Assembly (NCBI RefSeq): GCF_964188315.1
Contig: NC_135658.1
Location: 54,126,001 to 54,190,000 of the forward strand
Direction: 5' to 3'
From: Podarcis muralis
Lineage: Eukaryota
Length of the DNA: 64,000 bases
Shown: positions 34,641 through 48,690 of the stretch, in pieces
How positions within the stretch are numbered: position 1 is the stretch's first letter
How the letters are laid out: every line of letters starts with the position of its first letter
Notes under the pieces: generated by a model
Databases searched by the model: none
Told to the model about the DNA's origin: nothing
Seen by the model: the letters and a program-made list of their open reading frames with translations, nothing else
Made by a program: the position numbers and the translations under genes

Positions 34641-36927
34641 TTTCCAGTTGAGTTGTGTATATTCTCAAAGTAAGCTCTTTGGTTCAAAAATTCCTCGTTT
34701 GGACATCTTGACTTTTTGGGATCTTCTGCTGGTAACTCACTGAGCAAATGTGTTATCATGTTTGTCATGCTCTGGTTGTGAATTTCATTCCTGGGATCAG
34801 TCCCAAGTTCTGAGTCCCACTCTTTGTTTTTGCTCTAATTCTGAGAAACTTTCTTGCATTTTTCAATCTTCTAGATTAGATGAAGCCTGGCACCTTCCTA
34901 AAACAACACTGGAAAGTGCTATCCTAAGCACATTTATTTAGAAGTAAACATCCCACCATGTTCAGTGGGGCTTCCCTCCAGATACGTGTACTGTACATAG
35001 GATTACATCTTGCAATGAAATCCTATGGGCGTATACCCAAAAGTAAGAGTAGTTATATTCAATGGGGGCTTATTTTCAGTAGCGTGTGGATAGAATTGCA
35101 CCCTGAGATTATAATGTGAACCTGCTATTCTGTTTCCACCTTTTTATGGTTTTGAAACCAGGGCCACTACAAAACATTTTGCTTTCTGAAATGGACAAGA
35201 TAGTACTCCTATCCTCCTCCATCACCACATTCCATGTGCAGAAACCAATCAGACTGACAGCTGAATCATCAGCACCAGCAGTGGGACAGCATTCTCTAGA
35301 GGCAGTAGACTAGCTTAAAGAGTTACAGAGAAGACCAGCTCATAGCTCTGTCAACCAGAACCTCACCACTGCTCCACCCATCATGTACTGTCTCAGGTAG
35401 TTCCCTCAGTTTGTCTAGTCAGAGGGCTAGCCCTGTCCAACCATTTAAACCATTTGCTAAATAAAATTCAGTCATATGATGCTGAAAAAGCCAATTCCAG
35501 TATTAAGTGAGCAAAAATTCCTGCAGGTAAGGTATAATAAACCAGGTAGTTGAAATATGGCATTCTTAGTTATGCAATGGCATCCCTATGAATGCCAGTG
35601 ACAACACTGTCTAAGGAGGAGCTAGTTCCGGTCTAATATGCAATGTATATGATGCATGGGAAAGTTGAATAGAAAACTGTGGCAAAGTGCACATATAATT
35701 TACATTGTTTATTACAGAAGCTCTTGATTACAAAAACAGCATTATAAAGAGAACTAACTTGAATTAATGCAGTTCAAGAAATAGGTGTGGAGGGAAAGGC
35801 GATATGACTATCATGGGATTTATTGATAAATGAATTTTAGGCAGCAATCCACAATGTTGTCCTCAAACTGCAACAAAGGGCAGTGAGGGCAATGCTGCTA
35901 TTGTTTTCCTAGCCAGGAAGCGATGACTTTGTGACCTCTCAATTGCCCTGTCTGCTGACCTCTGAGGATATTTAGCCTGGCAGTTAACATCTGTGGTCCC
36001 ATCAGCAGCCGTGAAATAAAAGGTACTTAATGCAAGCCAGCTCTTTTGCAAGGTTAGAGAGGATCAATAGGAGATGTGTTTAATGTGGTATCACTATCAG
36101 GTCTCATCTCACTTTTAAAACTGAAATATCCACAGTGGGACATCATTGTAGCCACACAGCAAAGAAATCTTTAGCATTGCAATACTCTTCCACTTAGGGT
36201 CAGAAAAGCTATGGGATGGGTCGGGGGAAATATACCAGGGGTGTGCATTCAGATCTGTCTGTGCCCCAAATTAAGGGGTAATTTGGGGAAGGTTGACACA
36301 TTTTTTAGTCAAATCAAACAAAGCATGTTGATGAGAATCAAGGGCTCCAATAGCTTCCAAGTGGCCCTGTGGCCTGGGCTGATGAAATACCACTTGGCCA
36401 GTTTCCCTGCTCCACAAGAAAAGGAAGCTCAAAAGAGGAGCAGGTGGGGAGCTGTCTTTCTGATGGGAACATCTAGGATTTAATCACAGTGAAAGATTTT
36501 TCAAGGACACTCCAATCACATTGACTTAGGAATGGATTTAAAAATGTGTTTGTTTTTCATGCAAATCTCTTTCTTTCTGTATGCAAGTCAATGAAGATGC
36601 CCACCATGTTCCCAAAACCACCCACTAGAGACCAGGCAGAAGCTTCGGGGGAAAGCTGCTTGTTTTTTACATTTCCTGTATCCAGGCCTTTCCTGGGAAT
36701 TTATGGTAATTTTCACTACTGAAAATGTTATAGATTTATAGACTTTTTCTTTGAATTTTTCTTAATCAACATTTTTAAGTGTCCTGTACAAAAAAACCCT
36801 GTAATATAACTACCTGCAATTTAGCAGGCTGGTTCCACTCTGGTGGGGCTATTATGCTTACAAATTTCAACCCCTTCTAAAAGCTATTTTCAGATTCTCC
36901 ATTATTGTTGGGGAAGAGCTTCATTTT

Positions 36928-37007
36928 GTTGTTGTTGTTTAGTCATTTAGTTGTGTCCGACTCTTCGTGACCCCATGGACCAGAGCACGCCAGACACTCC
37001 TGTCTTC
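36928..37007 (-). mobile_element. Bov-B LINE 80-bp 3' stub
   Basis: (gtt)n tail followed by tagtcatttagttgtgtccgactcttcgtgaccccatggaccagagcacgcc, nearly identical to the end of 27754-28027; flanked by aagagcttcatttt. Confidence 0.9.
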
Positions 37008-40000
37008 ATTTTAAAGAGCTTCATTTTAAAGAGGTCTAATTCAGTCGCAAATAATGAATCAAATTGAAAATATGGAGATTGGCTTCAAAACATATTGAGC
37101 TACTTCCCAAAGCTACAGATACAAGCCAAATCTTCTGGCCAGTGGACACCTCTAATACTTAGATTTAGAACTAAGCTGTCAGACTATTGGATGCTGGTAG
37201 AACTGCCTGCATGCTTGGCTCCTCACCAGTTCTAACTTGCAGTCTTCAGCATTTTCTGCTCCTGATCCACAACTGGGCAGTGGGCTGGGGGTGGGGACTT
37301 GACTGAGATATTTCTACTTGGTAGTGAACATAATGAATCTGTCTGGTGAAAACTTTAAACATGTAGTGAAACAGCCCTAAGTGGTGCACTGTAGTTAGGA
37401 TGTCACATATCTAACTATGGTGAGAATCATGGTCATTTCACACTGATGGTATTACCATTCTCTTATCATGCACTTGCATGCAAAGGCAGCTGATATAATA
37501 AGGGCTAGAATGGATTGCATTGCACACCAGCTGTTCATACAAATGCTATTCCATTCAGACAGCAGAAGCAGCCAAGCTCTCCAACAGCTAAATACTGTCA
37601 TTCACACCTTCATCTCCTTCCTAACATATATGTTGGGAGGAAATAGAAACCACAGTTGTTTTTTTTAATAAAACAGGAGGCAGCAGGGAGTGGCTTTCAA
37701 ATGGCACATTAAAATCATTGTAAAAAGGTTTTGCCGTGTCAAAAACAAAAAGCACAAAGCAGCTCTAAGATAAATTTCATGTCTTGGGATTAGCAGCACT
37801 TCCAACTTGATCTGCTGATCTGGGAATGAAATAGCGCAATATTTCCAAGCCTTTGGGTTGGCTCGTTTATACTTTCTATTCAGAGATTTGCCCATTCAAA
37901 TGGGTGAAAACAGACACTTGCTCTGTTCCTTACCCTCTTATGTTTGTATAGATACCTGAGTTAATAGAGAGAATTTATGTCCATTCCAGCCTTCTTATGA
38001 TGCATGGACAGTGGAGAAATTGATAGTTCCCTTTTAAGGTCAGAACTGAGTCCAGCAACAGTGCTTCTCTCGATTTGTAATGTGATCACTGAGGAACTGG
38101 AGAAGAGACAGAGATGTCAAGGGAGAAGCTGAGGGAACTGGAGTCTTGACAATTAGCCTGAGATGCCAAAAGAAATTTAAAGAAATCCATTCTTCATTTT
38201 TCATCTTCCATAAAACTTTGTTTTCCTCTAGCTTGCTCAAATTTACCAGCAAATAAATTATTAACTCTCACTTTTAAAATAATGCAACAATATTTTTACA
38301 ATGGTAGTTTGTTAATACCACCAGATGCTTTGTTAATCCTCTTATTTTGCTCCTTCCATCAGGTTCTCACACACAACCTTTCAGTGTTTCAGTGTGGCTT
38401 CGGATAGGAGATGGAGTCCTGGCTGAATTTCACAGCTGAACTGGAATCCTTAAGGTGATAATTACTTCCTCAGTACTTGCTGTGTGGATGATGAGGTAAG
38501 TGCTCTGTCTTGTGAAAACAAACCTGGTAGCTCAAGGGCAACCAGGGGTCAACTTGCACACCATCGCTCTTTCTGGAGAAACCTTGCGTCATAAAGTTGG
38601 CATGTTCATACCTTAATACATAAAATGTAGCCCAACTAATCATAGCAGCTACCACGTAAGGATCTTTTGAGCTGTTCTTGCTGTTCAAAAGAACATTTCA
38701 TAAGTAAAAAGGTGGAGGGAATTAACCTCAGTGGCTAGCAGCATTATCTAGTGGGGGAAACAGTAAACAATGAAAAAGCAAATAAAAGTGGGAAAAATAA
38801 AAATGCATCCCCATCTACATTTTGAATCAACGAATCATAGTTGGATAAGAGTATGAGTGTTGGTCTAATCTTCTGATGCCTACTCCCTTGCAAACTGTTT
38901 TGAAGCCTTTCACAAAAAGGCATGAAACATTACTCCAAACTGGGTATATCTCCCATTTGTGAAAATGTTCACCAAAAGCTTTTCCACCATCACCCTCCTA
39001 GCTTTGGCTCAGCCCTGATAATATCTAGTTGTATTTTAGTTCTGTGACCTTAGGGCCATCAAGATAATCTTTGAAGATTAAAGTGCCATCAAGTTTTGGA
39101 AATAGCTTTGCAATATGAGTTGTGCTATTTAGTGCTTAAAATAGTAGCTTTTCAGACAGAGCTTTAGTTTGGGCTCCCAGAGCACTTAAAATTCATTGCA
39201 TCACTTGAAGGCAAATCAGGCATGAAACAAAAATGGGAGACAGTGTCAACAAGCCTGTTGTGACTTAGCTTTGGAGACAGACAGTTGAACCCAGTGAAGT
39301 AGTCCTGTTAGTGCAAGACTGGAAGGTAGGAGAGACCCAGAACAGATTTGGGGGTGGGGGTGCATAGAGGGCTTATGGAGAGGAGGAGAGAGAGATAGTG
39401 TCCCATTGTGCAAACAGAAATCCATGTGCTATTGGGATAGTTTTGTTGGATACAACACAGTGTCTTTATTTGCCTGCCATACACTGAGATGGATTGCCTC
39501 CCTAATACTTTGGTGATTCTGTGCTTTCCATTTTGTGTCACCTCTAGAGGAAGAGGAAGAGTACTACAGAGAAGCCCACTATGAGGAAGGGATAAATTGC
39601 ATTCTGGAGAACTCTGGTGTACCTTTGAAGCATATGAGGGTTTCCTCAATGAGAGGACCAGTTTTCCTGTACAATAATTTTCTTGCGTTATTGATTTTCA
39701 CCTGTAATGTGCACAGCAACAGGAAAATTTTGGGTGCACTCTGTGCCATGCTATTATGATGCCCAACAAACCAAGCAGTGCCTTGCATGAACTCCCAACG
39801 TGCATCCTTGAATACACCCAGAATCCTCTGGGTTTTTACAGCAGTCAAGTAGATGTCTATATGAAAGGGGTTTTGCCAATGGAAAAAAGTTGAACACTGG
39901 TGAGTTAGCACAAGTAATGCCTTGCTCATTGTACACAAAACTGTATCTACAGGTAAATCTTCTTTTTTAAAAAATATCCTATTAAATAATAATTTTTGCC

Positions 40001-43000
40001 TAAGACTGGCCTCTTGCTCTTTACGTTCAGTGTACCTTTTTGTATCTTTTGCCTCCAGTGCAAACTTTCTTTTGTCTGAAAAGTGCAGAAAATGCTCATT
40101 CTTTCTCCTTCCACTACAGATACTTTTTTTAAAAAATGAGCAGAAGCAGCAGAAGTTGTACAAAAGACACAGGATGCAATTAGACTGGCTGCAATTTAAA
40201 ACCTGCTCTTCTTTAGGGCTGCCTTCCGTTTCTTTAAGCAAAAGCACCCAGTAACAAATTGAACCATGTCTGACCTTAAGCCCAGCTAGGACTAGCCTTC
40301 AGACAAATTCATTACAGAAACTCACTGTGGGACAGTAATTTCCCTTCACTTACTGAAAAGCTGACTCAAGCTTGAATACTATTTCACTATATTATGTCTA
40401 CTTTTGGCTCCAACATATTCAATAGCCAACAACGATTCCATTCCCTCATGTAGCCAAAATAGTTATGAGTTTCCCCCTCTCCTACCCCCTGGATCTGTTA
40501 TCTCCCTTTTCTTATACATCCCATGGAAAAGTAGTAAACCCCTGGTTTTTTTATATGGTTATTCTTTTAATCTTAGTCACTGTAAACTCATAACACTTGC
40601 TTAGTAGTGACTGTTACAGAGCCCATAAGTGAAATAATTTAGAGCTATCCTCCTAACCTCTAAGTGAAGCTAGCCCTTGGGGATGGATGCTGTTTCACCG
40701 TGAATTTCCATTCCATGAGTGTAATGAAATGATTTCTTGGCCGGTGCTCTGTTTTTTTGCCCCTTTTGGATTCAAGACAGCTGACTGGTATATAGCCTTA
40801 ACAATTCCTATGGGCTCCCCAATGATAGACCGGAAAATTCACAAACAGGAATTATTTGCCAAAAAGTTTCTTATTGATTCTTTTAAAAATATATCATAAA
40901 CTCAGGATAAGTTTACCTGGTTATTTCTGAAAAGAGAGGGTTACATGGAGAAGCTGTCTTATTAAGGAAAGCAAATAAATCCTCATCATGACTGTTATAT
41001 TTTATGTAACTCTTTTCATGTTGTAAGCCGCCTTGAGCATGATTTAACTATGGAAAGGTGGCATACAAATAAATGATGATTATGATATTAGATACATGCA
41101 GCATAAGCCAACCAAAGCCAAGCACATCAAAGTCCCATTGATTTCAGTGAGGGATAATTAAGTGCATGATTAAATCTCTTCCATTCAGATAAATGGGACT
41201 AGCAGTGCAGCCCTATGCATGTCTACTCAGAAGTTAACTGAGTTCAATGGGATTTATTCATTTGTTTACATTTAACTAATCAATAGGCCACTTTCATGGC
41301 ATAAAGCCATTCAAGTCGTGTATAGGATTAAAACAGAATAAAGCATGAAAACACAAGCTCTAAAAACATTAAAACCAGCTTTACAAATTAAAAAACAATA
41401 AAACAATTTCTTCAGATATACTTAAATAACTGGGGTGCCCCTTAGGGAAAGCCTTCTTAAAGAAAAGAAAATTTCTTCAACAGGCACCTAAACATACTAG
41501 GCCTGGGCTGATTTTGGCTTGTTGGATTATAGCCTTCAAAAGGCTTATGAATCATGTTCATGGTAAAATATAACTCCAACCCTAAAGAGGGTACAACCAC
41601 AAGGGAACTTCACAGTTGGGGAGGGGGCTTTTTCCTGCATCAGATTATATAATGTAAGAGGGCTTTATAAGGAAAAAAAGAATAAGCCCTGTGTTTTAAC
41701 TCATTTTGCCATTGTGCCAAAGCTTGGCAATAAAGAATCATTTTTATTTCCTGAAATTGGACACCACTTTAGGTATTAGTAATTATAACTGAAATTAATT
41801 CTGTAGAAAATTCATCACAAAGCACCGTTAATCACAGAAACAAATTTGTCACATCAGAAAATACAGGAAACATACTGAGTTGTTTCTTAGCATGCTTTTA
41901 TTCATTCCTGCTACAAGGGTCACGCAGAATGAAAAACCTCCTAAGATAATTCCCCAGAATCTTGCCTTTGATAAATAACATACACTTTAGAATTCCAAAT
42001 GGTAAATAAGCATGCATAAGGGTATAACCACTTTGGAGTGATCTAGTAGTGTTTTATTTTGTGGTCTGTATTTAAATATAGTTTTGATAGTGCCCTTGCT
42101 GTAATACAACAGAAGATTGTTTGGCGAAAGCTATAAATAAAATTTGTATAAAAGCCATACTCTGAGGCACACTCTGTGTAAAATGCACAATAAAAACCTG
42201 AAAGGACTTTCCGTTCCTTTTCAGATTTGCATTTTGTTTGATAATAATGCAAGTTCTTTATTTATTTTGCTGCTCATTTGCTTCACACGGATATCAATTT
42301 TATAAGCTGTCAGTATTAGCAATGCAAATTTCTTTCTTGCTCTTTACCCATCCTGTGTCTTCCACATCACCATGAAAGGGTGGTAAAAAGTATAGTCCCC
42401 TTATTTACACAAACAGGAATAAGGACAAGGACCCAGACATTTAATAGTCATAATAAACACAAACGCTATTTTTCTAGCTTTGACTAAAACGTTAGTGTAC
42501 ACGACAGTTTTCCTCCAGAAAGAAAGAAACGTTGGTAGAACATTGGGGAGTGTTCTTTGGCCCTGTGGTGCCTTCATTGTGGGGTTCCTCAGGTTGTGAT
42601 TTTATCCCATTTGCTGCTTCCCTGCCTCCTTCCCCTCAATGACAGGAGGAAGAAGTGGAGGAGCCAGCCATGGAAGCTGCAATACAATGGACTGCACGAT
42701 TGGCCTCCGCAACTGATTGTTGTCAACATTGCCCCCCCCCCAATATTTTATTTGGAGGAGCCGAAGGGACCTAGGCCCCTAGAAGTTGGCATCTATGCAT
42801 AAAAACCTCTGGCATTTACTGTACAAAGGTCAGTCACACCTGTTCCTCTAGCCACTTTTGCCTCTGTCCCGCCCACCATTGACATGGAGTCCCCAGAAGA
42901 TTGCCTTTGAAGGAATCCATCCCTTTTTTTCAATCAACATGTCTGAGAAATGTTTCTAAACCTTTACTGCCCCTCGCCCCAATATTTTTGGCCTGAGAAT

Positions 43001-43086
43001 ATTCCACCTGCTAACAACTCATGTTAACATGAAGAGCCCTTCTGTATGTGATATTGCTCTCTCACATTGTTTTTCTCATAGTAAGG

Positions 43087-43467
43087 GGGGGCACGGGGGG
43101 CTCTGTGGTCTAAACCACTGAGCCTCTTGGGCTTGCCAATCAGAAGGTCAGTGGTTCAAATCCCCACGACAGGGTGAGCTCCCGTTGCTCAGTCCCAGCT
43201 CCTGCCAACCTAGCAGTTCAAAAGCATGCCCCAAAGTGCAAGTAGATAAATAGGTACCACTCCGGTGGGAAGGTAAACAGCGTTTCCGTGTGCTGCTCTG
43301 GTTTCGGTGTTCTGTTGTGCCAGAAGTGGCATAGTCATGCTGGCCACATGACCCAGAAAAACTGTCTGCGGACAAACGCCAACTCCCTCAACCTGTAAAG
43401 TGAGATGAGTGCCGCAACCCCAGAGTCGTCTGTGACTGGACTTAACTGTCAGGGGTCCTTTACCTTT
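43087..43467 (+). mobile_element. Sauria SINE (older copy)
   Basis: Degenerate head, conserved core and ggggtcctttaccttt tail. Confidence 0.9.
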
Positions 43468-43969
43468 AAGGGGTAGGGGGAAGGCATTTGGAGAAAATTC
43501 TGCCCAGAGAGCTAGTGAAACATTGAGGAAATGTACTGACTGTTCAAGGGATATAGAATTTATTGACTTTTTTATTTGCTAGGAAAGTGTGTTCTTTGTA
43601 CTATTTACTTTTGATCTGAAGGGCATTTCCCAAGTGCTCTCAGATCTCTCTTTTGTTTCCTGATAGACATTGCCTGTGATCTGCATGGAATGCCACAACT
43701 GCAATTAACGTTCAAGTGCTGTGGACTAGCGTCACAAAAGACGTAAATTCTGCTTTTGCAAATGCTGATCCATTGCTATGGTAGCATTTCCCTTCTGGTT
43801 TTAAAAGGCTAGAGGTTTGTGAGGTTTTTTTAAAAAAAACCTTAACATTCAAGTTGTGAATACAAAAAGAAGCTCTCTCCAAATGCAGCTACTGAAATGC
43901 AACATAAACTTTTCAAGGCTTTCTCTTTCACTTGCCACATTTGTTGGTTGCTATCTCCCTCTCACTATA

Positions 43970-44210
43970 TAGTGGTACCTCGGTTTATGAACTTAATCTG
44001 TTCCGGAAGTCCGTTCCTAAACCAAAGCTGTTCTTAAACCGAGGTGCACTTTACCTAATGAGGCCTCCCACCGCCGGTGCCCTTCCACCACTCAGCTTCC
44101 ATTTGTAGACCAAGGTAAAGTTCACTAACTGGAACACTACTTCCAGTTTTGTGGAGTTCGTATACCAAATAGTTCGTAAACAGGGTTGTTCTTAAACTGA
44201 GGTACCACTG
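43970..44210. mobile_element. Tc1/mariner (Tigger-type) MITE
   Basis: tagtggtacctcgg ... tgaggtaccactg, TA flanks. Confidence 0.88.
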
Positions 44211-45105
44211 TACTTCTGAAATATATCTGCGGTTTCTTAAATTGCGAGCCAGAACAGTACCCATCAACACATGAGCTACATAAGAAAATACATATTTAAA
44301 TAAATAATCGAATATCCTCCTACACCTTTCTAAACACATTATGGTGCATTTCTTTGAGCTGAGAAGCGCACCACAAAATTCAGAGCAGTACAAAAGAATC
44401 ATCATGTTCCAATCTGTACTACAGTCCCAAAAGTCAGTTAGCATCAGAACTCATAGAAACTGAATTCTCCAAGCATCCTTATTCTCCCACAGGTACAGCA
44501 GTCCTTCTACTGTAAGGAATAGGCCTTTACCAGTCTTGTTCCTGTCTCTCACTGAAACGCAGCCCAAAGTCTCAGCTACTGTCAAGCAGGATGTCGAACC
44601 TGGCAATGTTCTCTTAATCCTGCAGATTTTGACAAAGTAGTGAGATGGAATGGCATTTTCTATCAAACCGTACTCTGTTCAATAGGAGGACCAGTCTGCA
44701 TCCTCCACTCCCAATTATGTTCCTAAAATGAGAGGAAGTTTCAAATGAAAATAGATGAAAGTAAAAAGTACAAAATGTTGCCAAAAATATTTGAAATGCC
44801 TTTTTTAGTGCAGAGATATTGGGAGTTCATTCTGCCATTTCTTCATTTTTTTAAAAGGGGAATATTAACTGTTTGATAAAAGGGTCATATTTCTGGCTAT
44901 GACTGGAGGAGATGGACTGTGAACAGGTATAAATGAAAATGACAAAACAGAAGGCTCTTATGGAAGACTAAGTATCTGTCGGTAGTAAAGGAAATGAAGA
45001 GGGAAATTAGAGAAGCCTTAACCAATAACCTACAATTGCCCCATGACAGGTTGGCTTTCTGGACAAAGCAAAAAGGGAAGCATAACACACAAAACCATGC
45101 CAATT

Positions 45106-45170
<65 letters not shown>
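45106..45170. repeat. (GA)n microsatellite
   Basis: About 32 GA units with one interruption. Confidence 0.95.
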
Positions 45171-45175
<5 letters not shown>

Positions 45176-46440
45176 AGAGATTCACAATCTGATCATCTTA
45201 AAAGTTGATTTCTGGGGTAAGAGTTTTCCAGCATTTAATAAAGTCATAAAGTCTCATTTAATTGGACCCACTTAAAATTGATTAAGACCAGGAGCAATTT
45301 TGCTTAGCAACAGTTTTGTAGCCCTAAGAGATGTATAAGGAACAGAATGAATACTTACGTTTTTATTACTGGAATCAAATCTATAAGTGTGTAATTCAAA
45401 CAAATAGCAAATAAGTAGATTCCCATACACCAACTGAACATAATTTGAGAAATTATGTCCTTTTCTTCAAAACTGTAAGGTTGAAACAGTGAACATGAAC
45501 TATTTTCAGCATCCCAGGGCAATACAACAGTCAAGAAGCAACTTGAGAATTATTCATTACGTGCGTCACTGCATCATATTCAGCTACCTAGAGCAGCTTA
45601 CAATAATGTAAAACAGAGAACATAAAAGCTTTAGTGAGCGGCAACTACAGAGAGAGCCTTTTCAAAGGCCCATCTGTGGAATGCTCTCCACAGTAAGGTC
45701 TGCCAGGCGCCATCATTAACATCTTTTTGATAACAGGGAAAACCAGGTAAAAATGGGTATCTCTTTTCCCAGGCATTTGTGGCGATTTTTCTGGATGACG
45801 TGTTTTGATGCCAAACTATTTTGCTGCTATGTAAGCATTGTATAATCATATAATCTTGTGTTGAAATTTTCAAGTTTTTACATTGAAGTCAAGATTCTGA
45901 TGCAAATTAAATGAATTAAATTGAATTAATGAATTGAATTGAATTAATCCATTTTTATTGGATATAAAAATGCCATATGTCAATAAATTTTAGGTGTATG
46001 TGTGCTTGCATGTTTATAAACAATTTTTTAAAAAATCAGGGGTGGGGTTTTGCATTATATTTTATTTAACAAAAATAAAAAGCTTTTCAACCACTTCAAG
46101 CAGCAATGGACCTGTAAAAAGCAGCTGTTCCAAAGATGAGTCCAATGGGAAATACCTGAGCAATTCTAAGATGTTTTAGTGATATCTTCGTGTGATCAGC
46201 AGCTGTTCTAATAGCAGTGGTCTGTATTCCCTATAGGCTTGGCAAATCGTCTGAGCCAAAAGTACCCAAGGGGTTCACTGATGCATGTGCGCTGAAGTCT
46301 TATATCACCCACAGACATGCATATGAATTATGAAGTGCATCCCCTGAAAAGTATTGTACATGAGGTAATGTACAGCCATACAGAAGTTCAAGCTGTGAGA
46401 CTGAGTCTGCATTGACTCAGATGACCTTCTGTTTGTATTA

Positions 46441-46681
46441 CAGCGGTACCTTGTTTCTCGAATGGCTTGGCTCCCAAACAAATCGGCTCCTGAACGCCAC
46501 AAACCTGGAAGTAAGTGTTTTGGTTTGCGAAATTTTTTGGAAGCCGAGCATCCAACGCAGCTTCTGCTTGAGTGCAGGAAGCTCCTGCAGCCAATCGGAA
46601 GCTGTGCCTTGGTTTTCGAACCATTTCGGGAGTCAAACAGACTCCCAGAACAGGTTAAGTTTGTGAACCAAGGTACCACTG
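46441..46681. mobile_element. Tc1/mariner (Tigger-type) MITE, third subfamily
   Basis: cagcggtaccttg ... caaggtaccactg with TA flanks. Confidence 0.88.
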
Positions 46682-46954
46682 TATTTAACTTTTTGTCTTA
46701 TTAAAACAGGGGTCACCAACACTGTGTCTGGGGGTGCACGTGCACCTACAGCAGACTTCCCTGGCACACATATGCCCCCCAAGTTAGGCTTCAAAGTAGT
46801 GGTCTAATGTAGCCTATAGAAATGGGAGCAGTATGTGCTTGGCCGTTGGTGTGTGTTTGGTTCCCACAATACTTTCTCCTGTCGGTAACCCCTGTACTAA
46901 ATTTTCAGTGAAGGGTTTTGCTTTCTTTTAACAAGTACAGCTAAAAAAATAAAT

Positions 46955-47035
46955 TTCTGTGAACCGCCCTGAGACCTTCAGATATAGGGCGGTATATAAA
47001 TTCAATAAATAAAAATGATGATGATGATGATGATT
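46955..47035 (+). mobile_element. L2-type LINE 3' tail
   Basis: tgtgaaccgccctgagaccttcagatatagggcggtatataaattcaataaataaaa followed by (gat)n. Confidence 0.7.
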
Positions 47036-48526
47036 ATCAGTAACGCTTTTTAAAAAGAAAAAAAAAATCGCGTACAAAAAGAATGCAGAAAATTATCAGC
47101 AGTAAGTATAACCCAAGCAAAAACTCTAGGTTGCTTTCCCACTCCCTCCCATATCGATTTCCTATCTGTCCCGCACTTCCCCTGTTGTCAAAGAGAGTAA
47201 GAAAACAAGAGAAAGGGTGAAGAGGGGTAAAGAAAATGAGAGGTATTCAAGTTGCCTTCCTTAGATTCATCTGTGGAAAGTCTTCTTAAAATGTAGAGGG
47301 GGAGGTTTTAGCCAGGCACAGTTTTGAAATGTATCTGGGTATATCACTTGCCCCCCAACTGCCTGCTGGACAACTGCCTGGCCTCCCAGGTGTCTCAGCA
47401 TGAATCACTTTCCAGCTATGAATTGTAGCATTTTGCTACTGACTTGGCATTGGGAAACCAGTGTGGTTCATGGTGGGGGGAGGGGTTTCCTAGTGATACA
47501 GATATGACTATCGAGGCTTGTGACATATTCAAAAGCATGTTTCCTCCAGAAAGGACACAGATTACCTCTTGATGTTTCATTCACCCAGTGATGGATTCTG
47601 ACGTATGTGAGTTCATCCTACTAGCCTCCCAAACATAACAGGAAAAGTATGTTCACTCATACAGTACTAGAAACATAGTATACAAAACTAGCCTCAGGAA
47701 AAAGTCTTATTAAGGAAAACTTGGGATCCTGTTTGTTCCCCCCACCCACTCCCACACCCACCCCATGCACTGAATGGCAATATATCTTTCATTTTTACTC
47801 TTGATCTATATACAGGTCAGAACATTCCTGTCAGAAAGTGGAAGAGAGGTAATGGATCAGGGGAAGGCATGTGAGTAGCGAAATTATACTTTATGTGTAA
47901 TAATTGCCCTTTTGAAAGAGCAGAGGCTTGAAGACTTGTGCACTGAGCTTCCCAAAGAGCCACTTGTAAGTGGTTTTTTGTCCCTTGAGTTTCAGGAAGA
48001 TTGAGAGGGAGGAGGGGAAGATTAGATTTAGACTCCAAGGACCAATACATTAAATCCTATTTTCTCCTGTGTGTGGCTGAAAGAGACTGAAAGCAAAAGA
48101 AAAGTGAAGTGTAGTTTGAGCTCTAAAAAATTTATATAGCTATAGATGCTCTATTTTCTCCAAGGGGAAATAATTAAGAGCACTATAAAAGCCTATGACA
48201 GTTTTAGGACATTCTACACACAGTAGATATAATGGTACAAATACATGGTTAATTATACCTTAATATTACATTTCCAAAATCTTGGACATCAACAGTGTAG
48301 CCGTGTGTGTGTACACACACACCAAAGCAAGTCCTATTGAGTTCAATGGGACATACTCCCAGGCAAGTATGTGTTGGATTGCACCCTGATTTTTTAATGA
48401 AGAACAATTAAAAGGTGCGGCAAAATGTAGTGAAGTATTTAAAAAGACAGACAATGGGGCAATCTAAAGCACAAGGAGCTCCCAGGATTGACAGTCAACG
48501 GGAGCTTCATACTTAATGTACGAACG

Positions 48527-48690
48527 TAGGAAACTGCCTTAAACTGAGTCAGACCATTGGATCCAACTAATTCAGCAACTTTCCAATATTTCAGGTAAAT
48601 GTTTTCCCAGCCCTATCTGGAGACACCAAAGATTGAAATTGGGACCTTCTACATGCAAGGCAAATGCTCTACCACTGCGCTATGTTCTTC
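48527..48690 (-). mobile_element. tRNA-headed squamate SINE (Squam2-like)
   Basis: taggaaactgccttaaactgagtcagaccattgg ... gattgaaattgggaccttctacatgcaaggcaaatgctctaccactgcgctat; reverse relative of 907-1087. Confidence 0.7.
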
